From assembly GCF_006345805.1 (NCBI RefSeq), contig NC_043012.1, positions 19,530,001 through 19,594,000 of the forward strand: a DNA stretch of 64,000 nucleotides, written 5' to 3'. Both the position numbers and the translations under genes were made by a program. This DNA is from Octopus sinensis (lineage: Eukaryota). Below, piece by piece: positions 36,973 to 50,914 of this stretch. Below the pieces are notes generated by a model that had not been told where the DNA came from, did not search any database, and saw only the letters and a program-made list of their open reading frames with translations. Every line of letters begins with the position of its first letter. Position 1 is the stretch's first letter.

Positions 36973-37484
36973 CGCGTGTGTGTGTATGTGTGTGTGTGTG
37001 GTGTGTGTGCGTGTATGTGTGTGTGCGTGTATGTGTATGTGTATGTGCTTGTGTGTTGCGTGTGTCTTTTCAATTTTGAGAGAGTTCCCTTTCTTGGTAA
37101 ATAAGTCGTAAATAAAACTTGGTGTCTTAGTTGAACTATCGGTGCATAAATCCAAGTGAGTGCATCTGTTCACATAATAAACTCAGCTGTATATCTGTAT
37201 GTACGTTTGTATGTATGCATTATTATTTCTAAATCTCTCAAAGACAGATATTTAGTAACAGTTCTGGACAGTAAAGACTATTTGTCAACATGATGTGGCT
37301 GTCCTGTTTGACACAATTGTAAATGTTGTTTAACCCCAGAAAGCATCGTTTCCAGCTGGTTATACGACGCAATATCTGTGTCCTTATATTTTAGAACAGG
37401 GAGACCAGCACACTCATCCAACACAAAACGACATCTATGGTCCAGTGTCTGTGCTATTGCACTTTAAAGAATTGTTATTTCTCT

Positions 37485-37486
37485 TA

Positions 37487-37533
<47 letters not shown>

Positions 37534-37571
37534 TATTATTATTATTGTTGTTGTTATTTTATTATTATTAA

Positions 37572-37619
<48 letters not shown>

Positions 37620-37635
37620 CATCATCATCATCATT

Positions 37636-37697
<62 letters not shown>
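37485..37697. repeat. Compound (ATT)n/(ATC)n microsatellite
   Basis: Direct reading. Confidence 0.95.
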
Positions 37698-38552
37698 GTG
37701 AAAGAGAGACCGAAGAGAAGAGTATAATTCTAGCGATGATAGAAATATCTTTACAGAATATGTCATATTTCATGACGTATTTTGATGTTTCTAAACGCCG
37801 TTTCACTATAAAGATTTTCATAATCAAAATATAACAATTTAGAAAAAATTATAGCATATCCATCATAACAGGCCTTTCAGTTACATTTGAAAGCATGCAA
37901 AAATTAAATACACTATTATACAGTTTATCTCACACATGCATAAATGATAAGGAATTATACTCGCTCGATATTGATGTCAAATATTGTGCTATAAAATACT
38001 TTGACTAGAACACATTATTTTATCAATGGCACATGAAGTATGAAATATGCAATGAACAGCTATACATGCTACATATATTAGTCACAGGTCAGAGGCTCTG
38101 TAGACTAAATAAGGCATAAATTTACAGATACACTAACAATGGAAGCCCTTACAACAATGTAGTTTGTGTATAGGTAGAAGTTACATTTGAGGTATTATAT
38201 GGAAATCTAACACAAAGTGAAGCAGCAACAGGGTGAGTAATAGGAATTTTCGCATAGGTGAACAGTAGCTCTTAGGAATAACATTGCCTTCACAGCTGAG
38301 TTGAAAACTTGATTTGCAAGCAGTAATGAATATCCCTTTTATGTTACTGCACTTTTCGTTATTATGCCACAGCTTATTTTATATATTTCGAAACACACAT
38401 TGAGTCGAACCAGGAGCAGCTGATGAAGGGGAATCTTTCTTGTATTGTTTGTCCTGTACTCTGTTTTTTCTTTGTTAAAAAAGTCCGTTTACTTGTTTGA
38501 TTTTATGTTTTCGTTTCTCTTTGTGTTCTACGTTTATTTGTGGTGTCCTGTA

Positions 38553-38611
<59 letters not shown>

Positions 38612-39214
38612 ATATACATATAGATGTAAGTATGTAAATATATGTATGTATATATGCATATGTTTTATTTATTTATTATATTGTTATTATATATATATAT
38701 ATACACGGGTGTGTGTGAATGTGTGCTTGTGTGTGCGCGTGTGCGTGTGCAAAGATTTCTTTTAAAAAATTAACTTTTCTAGAGAAACTATTTAACATAT
38801 CATCAATTTTGTGGAAGAATATTGCGTATGATGTGTATTTTGGTTGCTATTGCTTTTAGGTCGCAAACACACTTGTTCTTTGCTAATCCGTGTAAATTAA
38901 GTTGGCTTTGTAATCTTGTCAACTATTTCTGCTTTAATTTCGAATATATAAAGTATTTTTATTGCCTTCTTAGTCAATCAGTTTCATAGTTTATTTTGTA
39001 AAAGTGGAATATTTTAAATTTCCGAATTCCAGAAGTGTTTAGATGTTTAGTGCAGCGAACATTTCTAAGAAATGAAGTACAAATTCACTGTTTATGCACG
39101 TATACACGGTTTGATAGCTTTTCCCTAGTTTCAGCAATGCAATTCTCGTTGCATTGTGATTCAGTAGGTACAACTTTTCCTCTTTCAATTAATGTTTGCA
39201 TTCATTTTCAAATA

Positions 39215-40280
39215 TTTCCCATGCTTGAATTTTGGGGCAGATCCCTGGAAAGTTCCTTGAATTAATAAAGAAACAGTCATCCTCATTCCTGTTCTTTATT
39301 AAAATGAGTGACAAGGAACCTTCTTCTCTGGAGAACTTAAGAATTAAAAAATGAGACAATAACAACCGATCTCTACTGAAGGTAACAGACATACATCAGT
39401 AACAACATGATTTAGATTTTCGATCTTTCCACTCTTATCATAAAAAAAAATAATAAAGAAAATATCTAACATGTTAAGATGTATAAACGTCATAGTAACA
39501 AATAGAAATAGACTAGAGAACCGACTGGAAGAACTAAGTAATAGGATATACCAAATTATAATAAATCATGCCATAATCAAACTAAAATACATTTTGATCA
39601 CTACCTTACGAAGGAACGCATTGAAAATTAGATGAAAATTCAAATACAAATATTCTATTTGTAGTCAAACAATCCTAGGAACAACATTATCCTACATTCG
39701 GCCTAATGATAGCTCTCAGTTCTACATCAACCATCGGATCATCGAAAATTAATTAGAAAGTAACTAATCATCAACAGTTAAAACCAACCTCCAAATCTCA
39801 AGTGACTCATCATCATGAAGGCGAAGTTCACAGCAGAGAAACAACCAATGCAAGTTACAAGTTTTGGCGACGCTCGTTGTTGTGCACAGAAAATGAGAAA
39901 TTAAACGGAAAGACTCAGGAATTGAAAGTCGAGGCAGACATGAATTTAAAAACAAAATCTCATCTTCTGCATCAGATACCCACAAGGAAATGAGAATTAC
40001 ATTGGCGAAACAAAAGCCTAACTAACCAATCCTGCAAACATTCATCTGTATATGAAAGTTACGTCTCTGAGAAAAGTTCCATTTAGTAGACATCCACACA
40101 AACCTGAAATGAAAAGTTTGCAATACTCCCTTTTCACAAAATAAACGATGGAAAATGATGATCTAAGTAAGGCACACAGCAACTTTCTTAATAAACATTA
40201 AACCAGAAGACGTTTGAAAAGATGAAGAACAAAAACATGAAAAATACACAGTACTTCACAGTATACCCAAACTTCTTCTC
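39215..40280 (+). mobile_element. Old, heavily decayed Penelope-like element fragment
   Basis: TITTDLY*RVTDIHQ...LDFRSFHSYH (RT thumb) at ~39355-39440; NLIFCIRYPQGNENYIGETK (GIY-YIG) at ~39955-40015. Confidence 0.7.
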
Positions 40281-41977
40281 CAAATGTTAGTGACACTGTG
40301 TCAAAGACAATTCAGTAATTAATATTCTTTTTAATGTATTTAAAAAAAAAATTAGTGACTATCGTTAATTTTCACGAGAGATTTTAAATACATACGCATA
40401 TTTATTTATTTAACAATGTTAATTATTAGAAAGTTCTAGAGTTTTAAAATACCTCATGATCCATAGAACACACATTCTAATGTGTCTTTTAAATCAAAAT
40501 ACAAAGCATAAGAAGTAATTCATATACTGAGATCTTACGCGGTGGGAATGATCCCATAACCATGAGAAGCAAACTTTTTACCACACAGCCACGCTTGCAC
40601 TAATCATTTATTGATTTCATAGCTTGTATGTGTGTTCTCAAAACGAAACAATATTTTAGGTAAATATAACGTTAAATTTTCTATTGTATCCCCGTTATTG
40701 ATTCAATATCAGTTCGCACCAAAATATCCATCCAGATCAGAAACTTATATTCCCCAGGTATTCATCCACCCTTGATATGTTTTAATTCAGTGGTTTCATG
40801 TTCATATATGGTCGAATAATTTCTTATTAAATGATATAATTCTTCCTGCGTTCATTTTATTCCAAATTTCAATACGCTCATTCAACTACAAATTATTTCG
40901 CTGAATATCTAATCGCGTTTTTCTATGGGTTACAAGTTGTTTGGATGTATTTCTGTGATTATGCGGCTTGCTTTCAATATAACACTTCCTGTTTGTTCAA
41001 TATATTTATCCTGTTTAATGAAAATAATTGACTGTGAGTTTATAATCTTATCTATAAAATAAACAATAATTATGGCAACTGTTTACAAAAGGAAGCAAAA
41101 TTGATTCTTACAATTTGAATATCTGTATACACAACAAACTGCTCAGATATGCTATCAAATTTAATGGCCAGCGCAATGAATTATGCTTTCTATAATTAAT
41201 ATTATTTTAATACAACTATGAAATTTCTCTCTTCAAAGATTAACGATGCGGAAAATAGTGGGATCCTTGTGAAATTTCAGTAACCGGAGTATTATATTCA
41301 TATTTATTTCTAACCACTATATACTTCTTGCAATAATAAACTTTTACAGGAAATCTGTATACTGCGTAGAATAACAGTGAGCGTATAACTGCTACACTTA
41401 CCGCCATGAAATTACCATATATCCACATATGTCATATATATATAAGGTGAGCGGCTGATAAAGTCGATAGTGTACAACATGTTCACAGGAAAGGTTCAGT
41501 GTAAAAGTATATTGAATAATACACAACAAAAGCTGTAAAATCACGAGATGAGTTAACGTTCCAAAACTAGCATGCTTCTGGAAGGAGTTGGTATGTAAAT
41601 TTTCAACAGTTAATGACTTTCACTATAAAAAATATTTTGTTCTTATATTTATCATTGTGTATTCGGCTGATGTAAGTAAATGATCTTAAAAACGTAATGC
41701 AATACCGTAATATACTTAACAGAACTTCGTATCTTCATCTTATAAATAATGGTAATTACACAAGAGAAAGGAAACATTTCAGAAGATATTGGATTCATTA
41801 ATCAATTACATAATTCTTTTTCAGAATATTCTTTTCAAGTAACTATGATTCTCAAATTTCAGTTCGTCATTTCGATATTGCCTGACGTCATTTTAAAGCT
41901 ACTTCCGTCATTACGTGAGATTTTGTTTGATATTCATTTTGTGTATCTCTTCGGAGACCAGTTAAGTGTAATGAAAA

Positions 41978-42018
<41 letters not shown>

Positions 42019-42019
42019 G

Positions 42020-42480
42020 AGTGAGCGAGCAGCGAAAGCCACCAAAGTGACACTGGTGTAAAATATACGACATAGTGACGTTCTTTCAAAATAAACAGTG
42101 CATTTCCTTGCAGGTGAAGCCCAGTTAGAATTTTCTTCAGGTTGAGTAGCCCATCACATGCAAAAGGTCCCTGAATAACCTTTGTTTAAGGATTATGAAC
42201 AAAACACCCATGTTTCCAGAGATGAATTATTCAAACCCCAAAGAGTTCCTCTGAACACATGGCTATGATGCTCACTCAGTACTTCTACTCGTGATCAGAG
42301 ACGCACATATTTTCAGGAACATGTTCAACTGGTTAAGGTAAAAAAAATGACAAGTAAACCTGCGGTATGGAACACAATATCTGCTGTAGGCCATCTTTTA
42401 TACCAAGACAAAACAATGTACATGAAGATCATTTAAAATCAAAAAGCATGAGAGCCACTGCCTGGTACTGCATCTGGGCT
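42020..42480 (+). repeat. Interspersed repeat between (ATT)n and (CTA)n tracts
   Basis: aacacccatgtttccagagatgaattattcaaacccc...acacatggctatgatgctc...agagccactgcctggtactgcatc resembles a common cephalopod repeat (recollection only). Confidence 0.45.
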
Positions 42481-42498
42481 TTTGCTGCTGCTGCTGCT

Positions 42499-42541
<43 letters not shown>

Positions 42542-42683
42542 TACTACTACTACTACTACTACCATTATCACCAGCACCAGCACAGCACTACCTCCACCAC
42601 CGCCACTACTAGTATTACTACTAATACCATTACCACCGCCACCACCACCACCACTACTGCTGCTGCTACTATTACTGCTCCTG

Positions 42684-42729
<46 letters not shown>

Positions 42730-42750
42730 AACTACTACTACTAAAACTAA
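42481..42750. repeat. Compound (CTA)n/(CCA)n/(CTG)n microsatellite
   Basis: Direct reading. Confidence 0.95.
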
Positions 42751-44478
42751 TACTGATACTCTTTGTCTTTACATGAATTTATAAACCTGCACTCAAGTCT
42801 GAACGGGATAGTCAAAATATAAAATGATATATCATCTAAAGACAAGTTTTGAAGTGCCATGTTATTGAAAGAAAAAATCACCTTATATTTATATACGCTT
42901 TGGCTAATGCGTGTTTACCAAAACAATTATTCACCTCTGCATGTCATCTCTCCCTGAGAAAGTTTCATAAACATATACTCAACTAAAATATATTGAGTCT
43001 TCAATTTAAGTCTAAATTTCAACAAGTTTAACCCATCATAAAAACAAACATTAATATACGAATGCATGTATTTGTTAATTGTGCTTCTTCCTGTCTAATG
43101 AATAATGTATAGTGTGTATATACATTTATGCATATACGTATGTGTGTGTGTTTTATGTGTTTGTATGTGTGCGCGAGTATGCATGTGTGTATTTATAAGT
43201 ATATGTGCATGTGGTTATATTCCAGTAGGGAGGATATGATTTATTTCATAACAAATAACGTATCATTTAGTTTTATGCGGAGCTTCTCTCATCGATGCGC
43301 CTATTTTTATTGTTCAGTAGTCATTTCTAGTATCATATCTGTTAAGTGTCATAAATGTTTTAATGTATTTATTTCAGGAAATGCTAGAATTAACCAAGCA
43401 TAACATTGCTGTGATAAACAGATAACAGGAATGTTGGGGAATTAACGAAATGTTGGACTCTGAACTATAAAACAAAATCTAATTCAGAAAAAAATATTGA
43501 TGTTATCTAGGATCAAAACATAGATTAATATATTCACCCATCACAACCAATTATTCAACAATACACAATTCACATATAATTCGACAGCAAACAAATAAAT
43601 ATCGAATATTATGTGAGTACGTAAAATTATCTCATGATATCTGGTTTATCTCTCAAACTAAGTTCGATATAGTTCGTGCATTATCTCTCGTTTTGGGACC
43701 AAGTAATAATAAAAATCAGTTAAAATTTTCAAGTTTTTCCCTCTGTGAGTTATCCGCAGACTACATTTATATTTAATATATAATTTTGTTTTTGAAAGTT
43801 TTCATTTCAAAGTTATTGATGTATAGGTGGAGAAACTACTGGCTAATTTAAACAACAAATTTAGCCATAGCAACAACTGAATAAAATACACAAACATTGT
43901 TTCCTGCTCTGAAAAACTACTCCTGCAGGTATTGTTGCGGCGAGAAAAATGCATTCAGATTTTACCTCTTTAAATTTATGCTTTCATTCACTCGCGCTTT
44001 TATTAATATTTGATACAATATACATCAAGCGATTATATAAAGAAAAGTAGATGGGCTTGACATCAAACGTGGTTCTAATTTTCTATTGAATTATCACGAG
44101 GCCATATGCCAAATAATCAATTATCTATGGAAATCCCATGCGCGAAACTGATGCAAATGCTTCATTTACTTCCCCTCAGGTACTTTGAAAAATCAGTCAT
44201 TAGTGAATTTCGTTTTCTTATTTTATTTTTATTATCGCTTGTGTTTCATTTGAACATAAGATCGAATTAGAATTAGTATTTTAATGTCTCAAAATTGTTA
44301 CGGTATCGGAAAATCAAAGCCTATGGCTACAAGAGGGATTTGAAGCATCATTAGAAACTCATGATTGATGCCACGTATATTCCTCGACCGTGAGACAGGT
44401 GAAATTTCAAGGGAAGCATGGTATTTCATTGTAAAATGATTTTTCAGTTGCGTCAGGCATTATTGCTATTATTATTAT

Positions 44479-44513
<35 letters not shown>

Positions 44514-44523
44514 TTATCATCAT

Positions 44524-44562
<39 letters not shown>

Positions 44563-44612
44563 TATTATTATTATTATTATTATCATTATTATTATTATTA
44601 TTATTATCATTA

Positions 44613-45890
44613 TTCTTATACACGCAACAGATTACACTGTTGGAAAGGCAGAAAAAAGTAGCATTGGACTAAACAGCTAAACTTAGATGCTAAGAACCCC
44701 CTTAAATATCCTAGCTGTCCCTAATAACACTGTTTTCTAGAGCTGTACTAAACTGGGTTCTATGCCCTTTTCCTCTATCCATCTGTTCAGACATTTACGG
44801 ATAGTTCCCAAAACATCTATAACTACTGGGATCTATTTTACCGGCACTTTCCATAGTCTCTGTAATTCAATGGCTAGATCTTGGTATTTTGCTATTTTTC
44901 TATACCTTTCATTGATTTATTCATCATTTGAGACTGTAATGTCAATTACCTGGGACTTTCTATTTTTTTATCACCTACTACTAAAGTTTTCTAGCTGCTA
45001 TTACTATGTCAGTAGTTTACTAGGTTCACGTTCATACCATTTATCAGTATGATCAAATCCTAACTTTCTACATAATACCCAGTGGATTACCCTCCCTAAG
45101 TTGTCATGTCTTTTCTTGTATTCTTTCTTTGTCAGCATACTACATCCAGTTACTATATGACTAACACTTTCTTCTTTTGATTTGCGTAACCTAAAATGGG
45201 AATCTACTTGTTTGTTGTCTATCCAGGCTGATATCCAATTAGTCCTTAATGCTTGATCATGTGAAGCTCCTAACAAATATTCTGCCTCCCTTTTCAGCTA
45301 TCCTTTCTGCAAGTATAGCTATGTTTCACTACTACTATTTGCTGCAACTCTATTAGGAATCTACCATGCAACGTCTTCTCTTCCCAGTCAGATAATTTTT
45401 TGTTCTTTTGTCTGGTTTAAATTCATTTGGTGTTTTAGTTTCCTTATCTCTTGCTGTGATTCTAGCATCTTTTAACAAACTCTTTTCACTATTACTTATA
45501 CAAGAGTCTATATCTACTCTAGATAATTCCACACAGTCTTCTTCTACTTTCTTCTCCTCCTGCACTTCGGTGGAGTCCTCCATTCATATTGAATTCCTTC
45601 CTAATTTTTCTGTCGAACTTTGCTTATTCTGTTTATTCTCAAATCTACAAAAGTTGCTGAAGTAATAATATTGCCCCAGTATTTACAGCCTTCGCGAGAT
45701 TCGGACCATCTAGCTTTGACTTCATTACCTTCCTCACCCTTCTGATGTACTCAATTTATGTTTTCATTTCTATAATTAGTACTACGTCAGATTACTATAC
45801 TCCTGGATACTTATAACTCTCTCCTTTCAATGATTTTAATATCTGGCTATCTGGTAGTTGGATGCTTTCGGTGTCGACTACGTTATGCCT
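44613..45890 (-). mobile_element. R4/Dong-type REL LINE, 5'-truncated, decayed
   Basis: DQALRTN...EESVSHIVTGCSMLTKKEYKKRHDNLGRVIHWVLC (Zn knuckle); QVIDITVSND...KIAKYQDLAIELQRLWKVPVK (REL); 3' end runs into AAT/GAT/ACT repeats at 44460-44612. Confidence 0.85.
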
Positions 45891-45899
45891 TTCCATGAC

Positions 45900-47075
45900 A
45901 AATTGCTATTGTATCTATTGCTATTCCTTCGTAACACACTGTAAGTAAAAATGCACCGGAGTCTTTAGTCATCTGTCAAGTCACAACAAGGAACACAAAG
46001 ATGTAATACTTTCCTTAAGATGTGCGCTCTGTCCAATTCGCAAGGCATCAATCTTTAATGGGATTTCCATTTGCCTTAAGGAGTTTTGAATTTTCAATTG
46101 GAACCCAACGCGCTTATCACCACTGCTATCACTTTTACAGTACCTTCTAGCATTCCATACAATCTTGCCATTTCCACTTTCAGTTTGGAGTACTTGGTGA
46201 TTTTTTTCAACCTCTTTACTCACAACATTCATTTCATTTGGTATGGCTAAATCAATGATCTGACAGTATTTGTCTCTCTTATTCAATATGACAATATCCG
46301 GCCGACAGTGTTCGATTACTCGGTCTGTCTCAAAATCATAGTCCAAGAGTATTGTTACTTTTCCATCCTGTTGCATAACTTCACTAGATACCTGCTCATA
46401 TCAGTTCTCTGTTATTTCATATTAGTATTTACGGCATAAGAGCCAATGCCGATACTCATACACTTTATCGTGGCTGTGCTTGTATTGTTTTTGTGCAAGG
46501 CTCTAACATCCACTTACCAAGTGGGTCACATTTTCCACACTCTTTCCTCAGAGTCTGCATTTCTGAAGTTTTATAGATTGTATACTCCACTGACTTGGTA
46601 GCGAGAGCCTGGTCTTGTGCAGTAGTGATACACTTCAAATCACCTCGTTCAAGTCATACCCACGATGCTGTATATGCTTTACCCTCCTATGTATTCCTTT
46701 CAAACTGTCCAATTCATTCTCATTTCAAGAAGGTTTTCTCTTCTCTTCTCCTCAGCTTTTTGGTTAAACTCTTTCTTGCCCATCATTTTATCTGCATTTA
46801 CACCTATATCTTTCGCGGCATATTGCTGCAGGTCTTCATAACAAATTTTTCAAATACTCGGCAAGCATTCTCCTTTCACTCCTTATACAATGGTCTATAC
46901 TAATTAGTCCTTTGTCACCGTTCTTTCTTTTCATATACAGTCCGTTTAAGCTTTCTATAGTGTGTAGCACCCTATGGAGAGTCATCAACATTTTCGCCCT
47001 TCTATGTAGTGTTGATATTTACGCCTTAGTCCATTTGAGGATGGACGCACTATATCTGACTACATGTGTGCGTAG
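45900..47075 (-). mobile_element. R4/Dong-type REL LINE, second 5'-truncated copy
   Basis: VVRYSASILKWT; HDQALATK; ILLDYDFETDRVIEHCRPDIVILNKRDKYCQIIDLAIPNEMNVVSKEVEK (PD..D REL nuclease). Confidence 0.85.
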
Positions 47076-48144
47076 ACACATTTAGAATCATTTTTAATTC
47101 ACAAGATTATTCGATCTTTCGAAAGTATTATCTTCAGAAGAAATGGAAATAAATGACATATTAATTTATCACATAGTTATGGTATTATGTAGTAACTTAT
47201 CTCTATGGAATGTGTTATATAAGCAAAAACTAAATCCGCAATCGTTGTAGGTAAATTTTCTTCAGGTTCCACTATTAATGTTAGCAAATTAAGTCTTGTA
47301 CTTTATTTCTATGCTGAAGTGTAAGCCTCCTTGCACGCCAAGCTTCTTTTCCATTCACCTTCATAAATAACAAAAAAAAAAATATTTACAATGAACATCT
47401 GTTGCGCTCATATTTACCCTAAACAGACATTGAGTTCAATGTTTCCTTCCTGTTTTTAGAAAATATTGAGAGAAGTATTGCATTTTCTGTATCAAGTCAA
47501 TTAATATACGATATATGACATCAGACATTGTCCACTACGATATCCAATAACATTTATGTCTTTTTTTAATCTCCTTCGTCAACAACATGGAAGTAAAGAC
47601 ATCCGGCAACGGCTTCACCAGGGAAAATGCATTTAGTTTATCAATATTTACTTGTTCATAGTAGGAAGACAAACAGAATCTTTAAAGAAAATAACTCATA
47701 TGTGTCTCCGTTCTAACTTACTGATACTGTTGCATTTCGTATGAATTTCAGAAAATAAAAGTTTATCCTTTTCTGTTTGGTGATATATTATTTAAAACAA
47801 ATTTATATTGTAGTTTTGGAGAATCTGTACAACTTATATTTCAATAATGTTTGTGTTCTCATTTATTATATAATACCATTTTGATAAATCACTGTCAAAA
47901 TCTTTTGAATAATATTGCATTTCTAAAAGTACCAAGAATGTAAGTGATTACATGAAGGTATCTTCCAAAGATTTCAGTTGTAATAAAAGCTACTTAGAAA
48001 TTGTGCGCATTAAATTTGAAGGATAATATCAGAAACATAATTACAGAATCAAAGGGAAATTCGAACGTGTTACGATTATCAAAATTCAACATTTATTAAA
48101 ATATATTTAAGAATGCACAGTACAAACATAAAGAAATACCGTCT

Positions 48145-49051
48145 CACAGACGTGGAGAAGAATTGTTCCTTTTCTCCTGACCAATGCTGGTTGTTGTCGG
48201 AGTTTCTTTTGCATTTCATCCATTTGCTGACAGTACTTCTCCGCTGCAATGGTTTCGCTTGGATCCGAAAAGCCGTGGTTGATAAGACCGGCCGCAGATC
48301 ACTAAATATTCACCATGACCTTCATTTCGTTCAACTTTGGCTTCGGTAAGTGCCGTGGAGTTTCGTCGGCGTCGAACCACTGAACTGAGTGTCGCCGGTT
48401 GTCGTAATTAATCCACTTTACATCGCAAGTCCCAATCCGGTTGAGAAATGGGTCGTTCTTGTTGCGTAAAAGAAGGGAAGACTACTCTTCAAAACAACGT
48501 TTTATTTTTTGGTTGTCGTTCAATTCGTGTGGCACCCATTTCTCAAGTATTTTTGTGTTTCCAATCTCTTTCAAGTGGTTGGAAATTGTCGCATACATTA
48601 CGTCTAATTCAGAAATAAGGTCTCGATCAGTTTTGCGTGGATTGGCTTCGACTAAGGCTCTTAGTTGATCGTTGTCAACATCGGATGGCCAACCACTACG
48701 CTTATCATCTTCAAGACTCTCGTCACCGCTACGGAGTTTCTTGAACCACCATTGTACTGTACGTTCATTAGTGGTTCCTGGGCCAAACGCGTCATTGACA
48801 TCGCGAGCTGTCTCAGCAACTTTTTGACCTAATTTAAACTGGAATAAATATATGCGAATTTTCCACTTGTCCATTTTATTCAACGTTCCGGGAGAATGGC
48901 TTAATTATTCAAAAAGAAAAAGAATAGCAGGATTAGACAGAGTAAAAAGCGGGATTTAAAATGATATATAAAATCAAAGTAATTTATTTGAAAATATATT
49001 AATTAAAACCAAAATTTAAAATTCCGCAAGAACTTTCTTGACAACCTAATA
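48145..49051 (-). mobile_element. Mariner element, 3'-truncated; only one TIR seen
   Basis: TIR TA-ttaggttgtcaagaaagttcttgcggaatt at ~49020-49051; transposase with HTH, WVPHEL, TCDVKW (first catalytic D); ends at ILLH before the second D; no YSPDL, no second TIR. Confidence 0.9.
48150..48883 (-). pseudogene. Mariner transposase pseudogene (stop after codon 133, later indel, truncated)
   Basis: Track ORF 48482-48883 continues through TAG as SSLLLRNKNDPFLNRIGTCDVKWINYDNRR... Confidence 0.85.
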
Positions 49052-49074
49052 TAAATGGAAGACAACACCACAGA

Positions 49075-49440
49075 GGAACCGATGTAACTTTAGATAATAA
49101 ACCGCGATAGGTAAACTGTGATAGGTGAACCGCGACATGGCGAGGAGTTACATGCCGGAAAGCAATGTCACACGCATAAAATTGTTAGGGAAAATTGGAG
49201 GAACAATCTTGTACACCAATTCAGTCATTACAACTATCCCTTATACCAGCCACCACTTCAAGCTTCAACACACTTATAGTGTATTCGGGAGAGTAGTCTC
49301 GGATGGAATTATGTGTATCCAACACCTGATGCCAAGATTTCCAATGATAAACACGCAAGTAGTTAAAACGGTTACGTGTTCGTATTTGTTGCAGATTCAT
49401 AAGCAACTTCTTTTGACAATCAGTTTCAAAACATATGAAA
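49075..49440 (-). mobile_element. Possible pogo/Tigger-like remnant
   Basis: cgcgataggt...gtgaaccgcgacatggcgagg resembles Tigger-like ends; weak EHVTVLTTCV DDE_1-like peptide with stops. Confidence 0.3.
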
Positions 49441-50847
49441 TCAACCTATCAGTATATTGCATAGAAACTGAATTACACGAGTACCAACTTTAAATAGAAG
49501 GCTTCGTGCAATGATAGCTATGCTCATGCATATGTAAGTTATAAAAAATCAGATCCAAATTCGCTCTCCAATTCACATGCAAGTTAAACGCCACCTACAA
49601 ATGTTAAACATACTATTGTTGAAATTTAACTGAAGACAAGTATCCTCACTTCACAATTGCTAGGCAGCTGTAAGGCAGTTGCCATGAATTGTTGCATCGC
49701 ATCAAGTCTCCGTATATTCAAGAAATTCTGTACTTCATTTCATAGTAGTAATATGTTTTTGTTATCAATCTAGATATAAGGACCGTGACCAACAGAAGAT
49801 CATTCTAACTACAATAAACGCATTCCTACTTGCGTAGATGCAAAGCTCTTTCCCTTTTCAATGATTGTATGTGGATCACTGATGTGGCTGATGTAAGAAA
49901 TCTTGAGCTATTCATCAATATATGGAGATGTAGAAGAAATAGAATGTGAATACATACACTCCTTGTCTGAACCATAACGATTAGCATGTGATAATCGAAA
50001 ACTGTCAACACTTTACATTAAACCTAAAAGCAAGAAAGCATTACCTCTGCAGGAAGTGATATAAGAATGTGTATATAAAGATTGGTGCAAATATATTATT
50101 CTACATAGAATATTTGTTACTATCCCAGGAATCTTAATCTATTCATTCTACCAGGAACTGTTATTCTGCAACATTTACTTCTACATGGTACGTAATTGAT
50201 ATATATGTTACGTTCCGTAGGTAGCATGAAGAGTGTTTATTTCTATTACAATCAAAATGCTTTCTGAGATTATAACTAAGAATGTATGCCTAAAAGATAT
50301 GTTACTGTGAAAATAGCTAAAGTATGTTTGTACATATGTACGCATTAATTACATTTTAAGTTTGGATAACCTGAAATATTTACTAGATATAGTTCGGTGT
50401 ATTCAATGTGTATTCAATGTGTTGATGTATTCAATACATCAACATAATGATAACTGAGACACCCTTATATATTGAAATGTGTTTTGGTGTTGAAATTTTG
50501 CGTAACAATTCATTTTCATCCTGGGATATGTCGGATTATTTTTCGACAGTTAACACGAAATAGGAGTGTGCACCCAGAAGTACCTACTTGCATAGAGATA
50601 TTTGTGTTAATAATATAATACATACGACTTCGTTAAAGCTAATTTTGTTGAAAATTTCAGTCATTAATTGTAATAAAAATCTAATGATCCGTAATGTATG
50701 TATTTCCGTATCTAATACTAACCACGGAAATTATACACGTCACTAATTTTACACAGTAACGAAAGAGAAGTAATAGAGACGAATCTCATCTTATCTCTCC
50801 CTGATTGGATACACAGGGATTGGTGTAACTAGTTTGGAATATAATGT

Positions 50848-50914
<67 letters not shown>

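Noticed and set aside
50415-50445. Small perfect hairpin gttgatgtatt-c-aatacatcaac
   Set aside because: 11-bp arms next to a local micro-duplication; likely replication slippage, no family or motif
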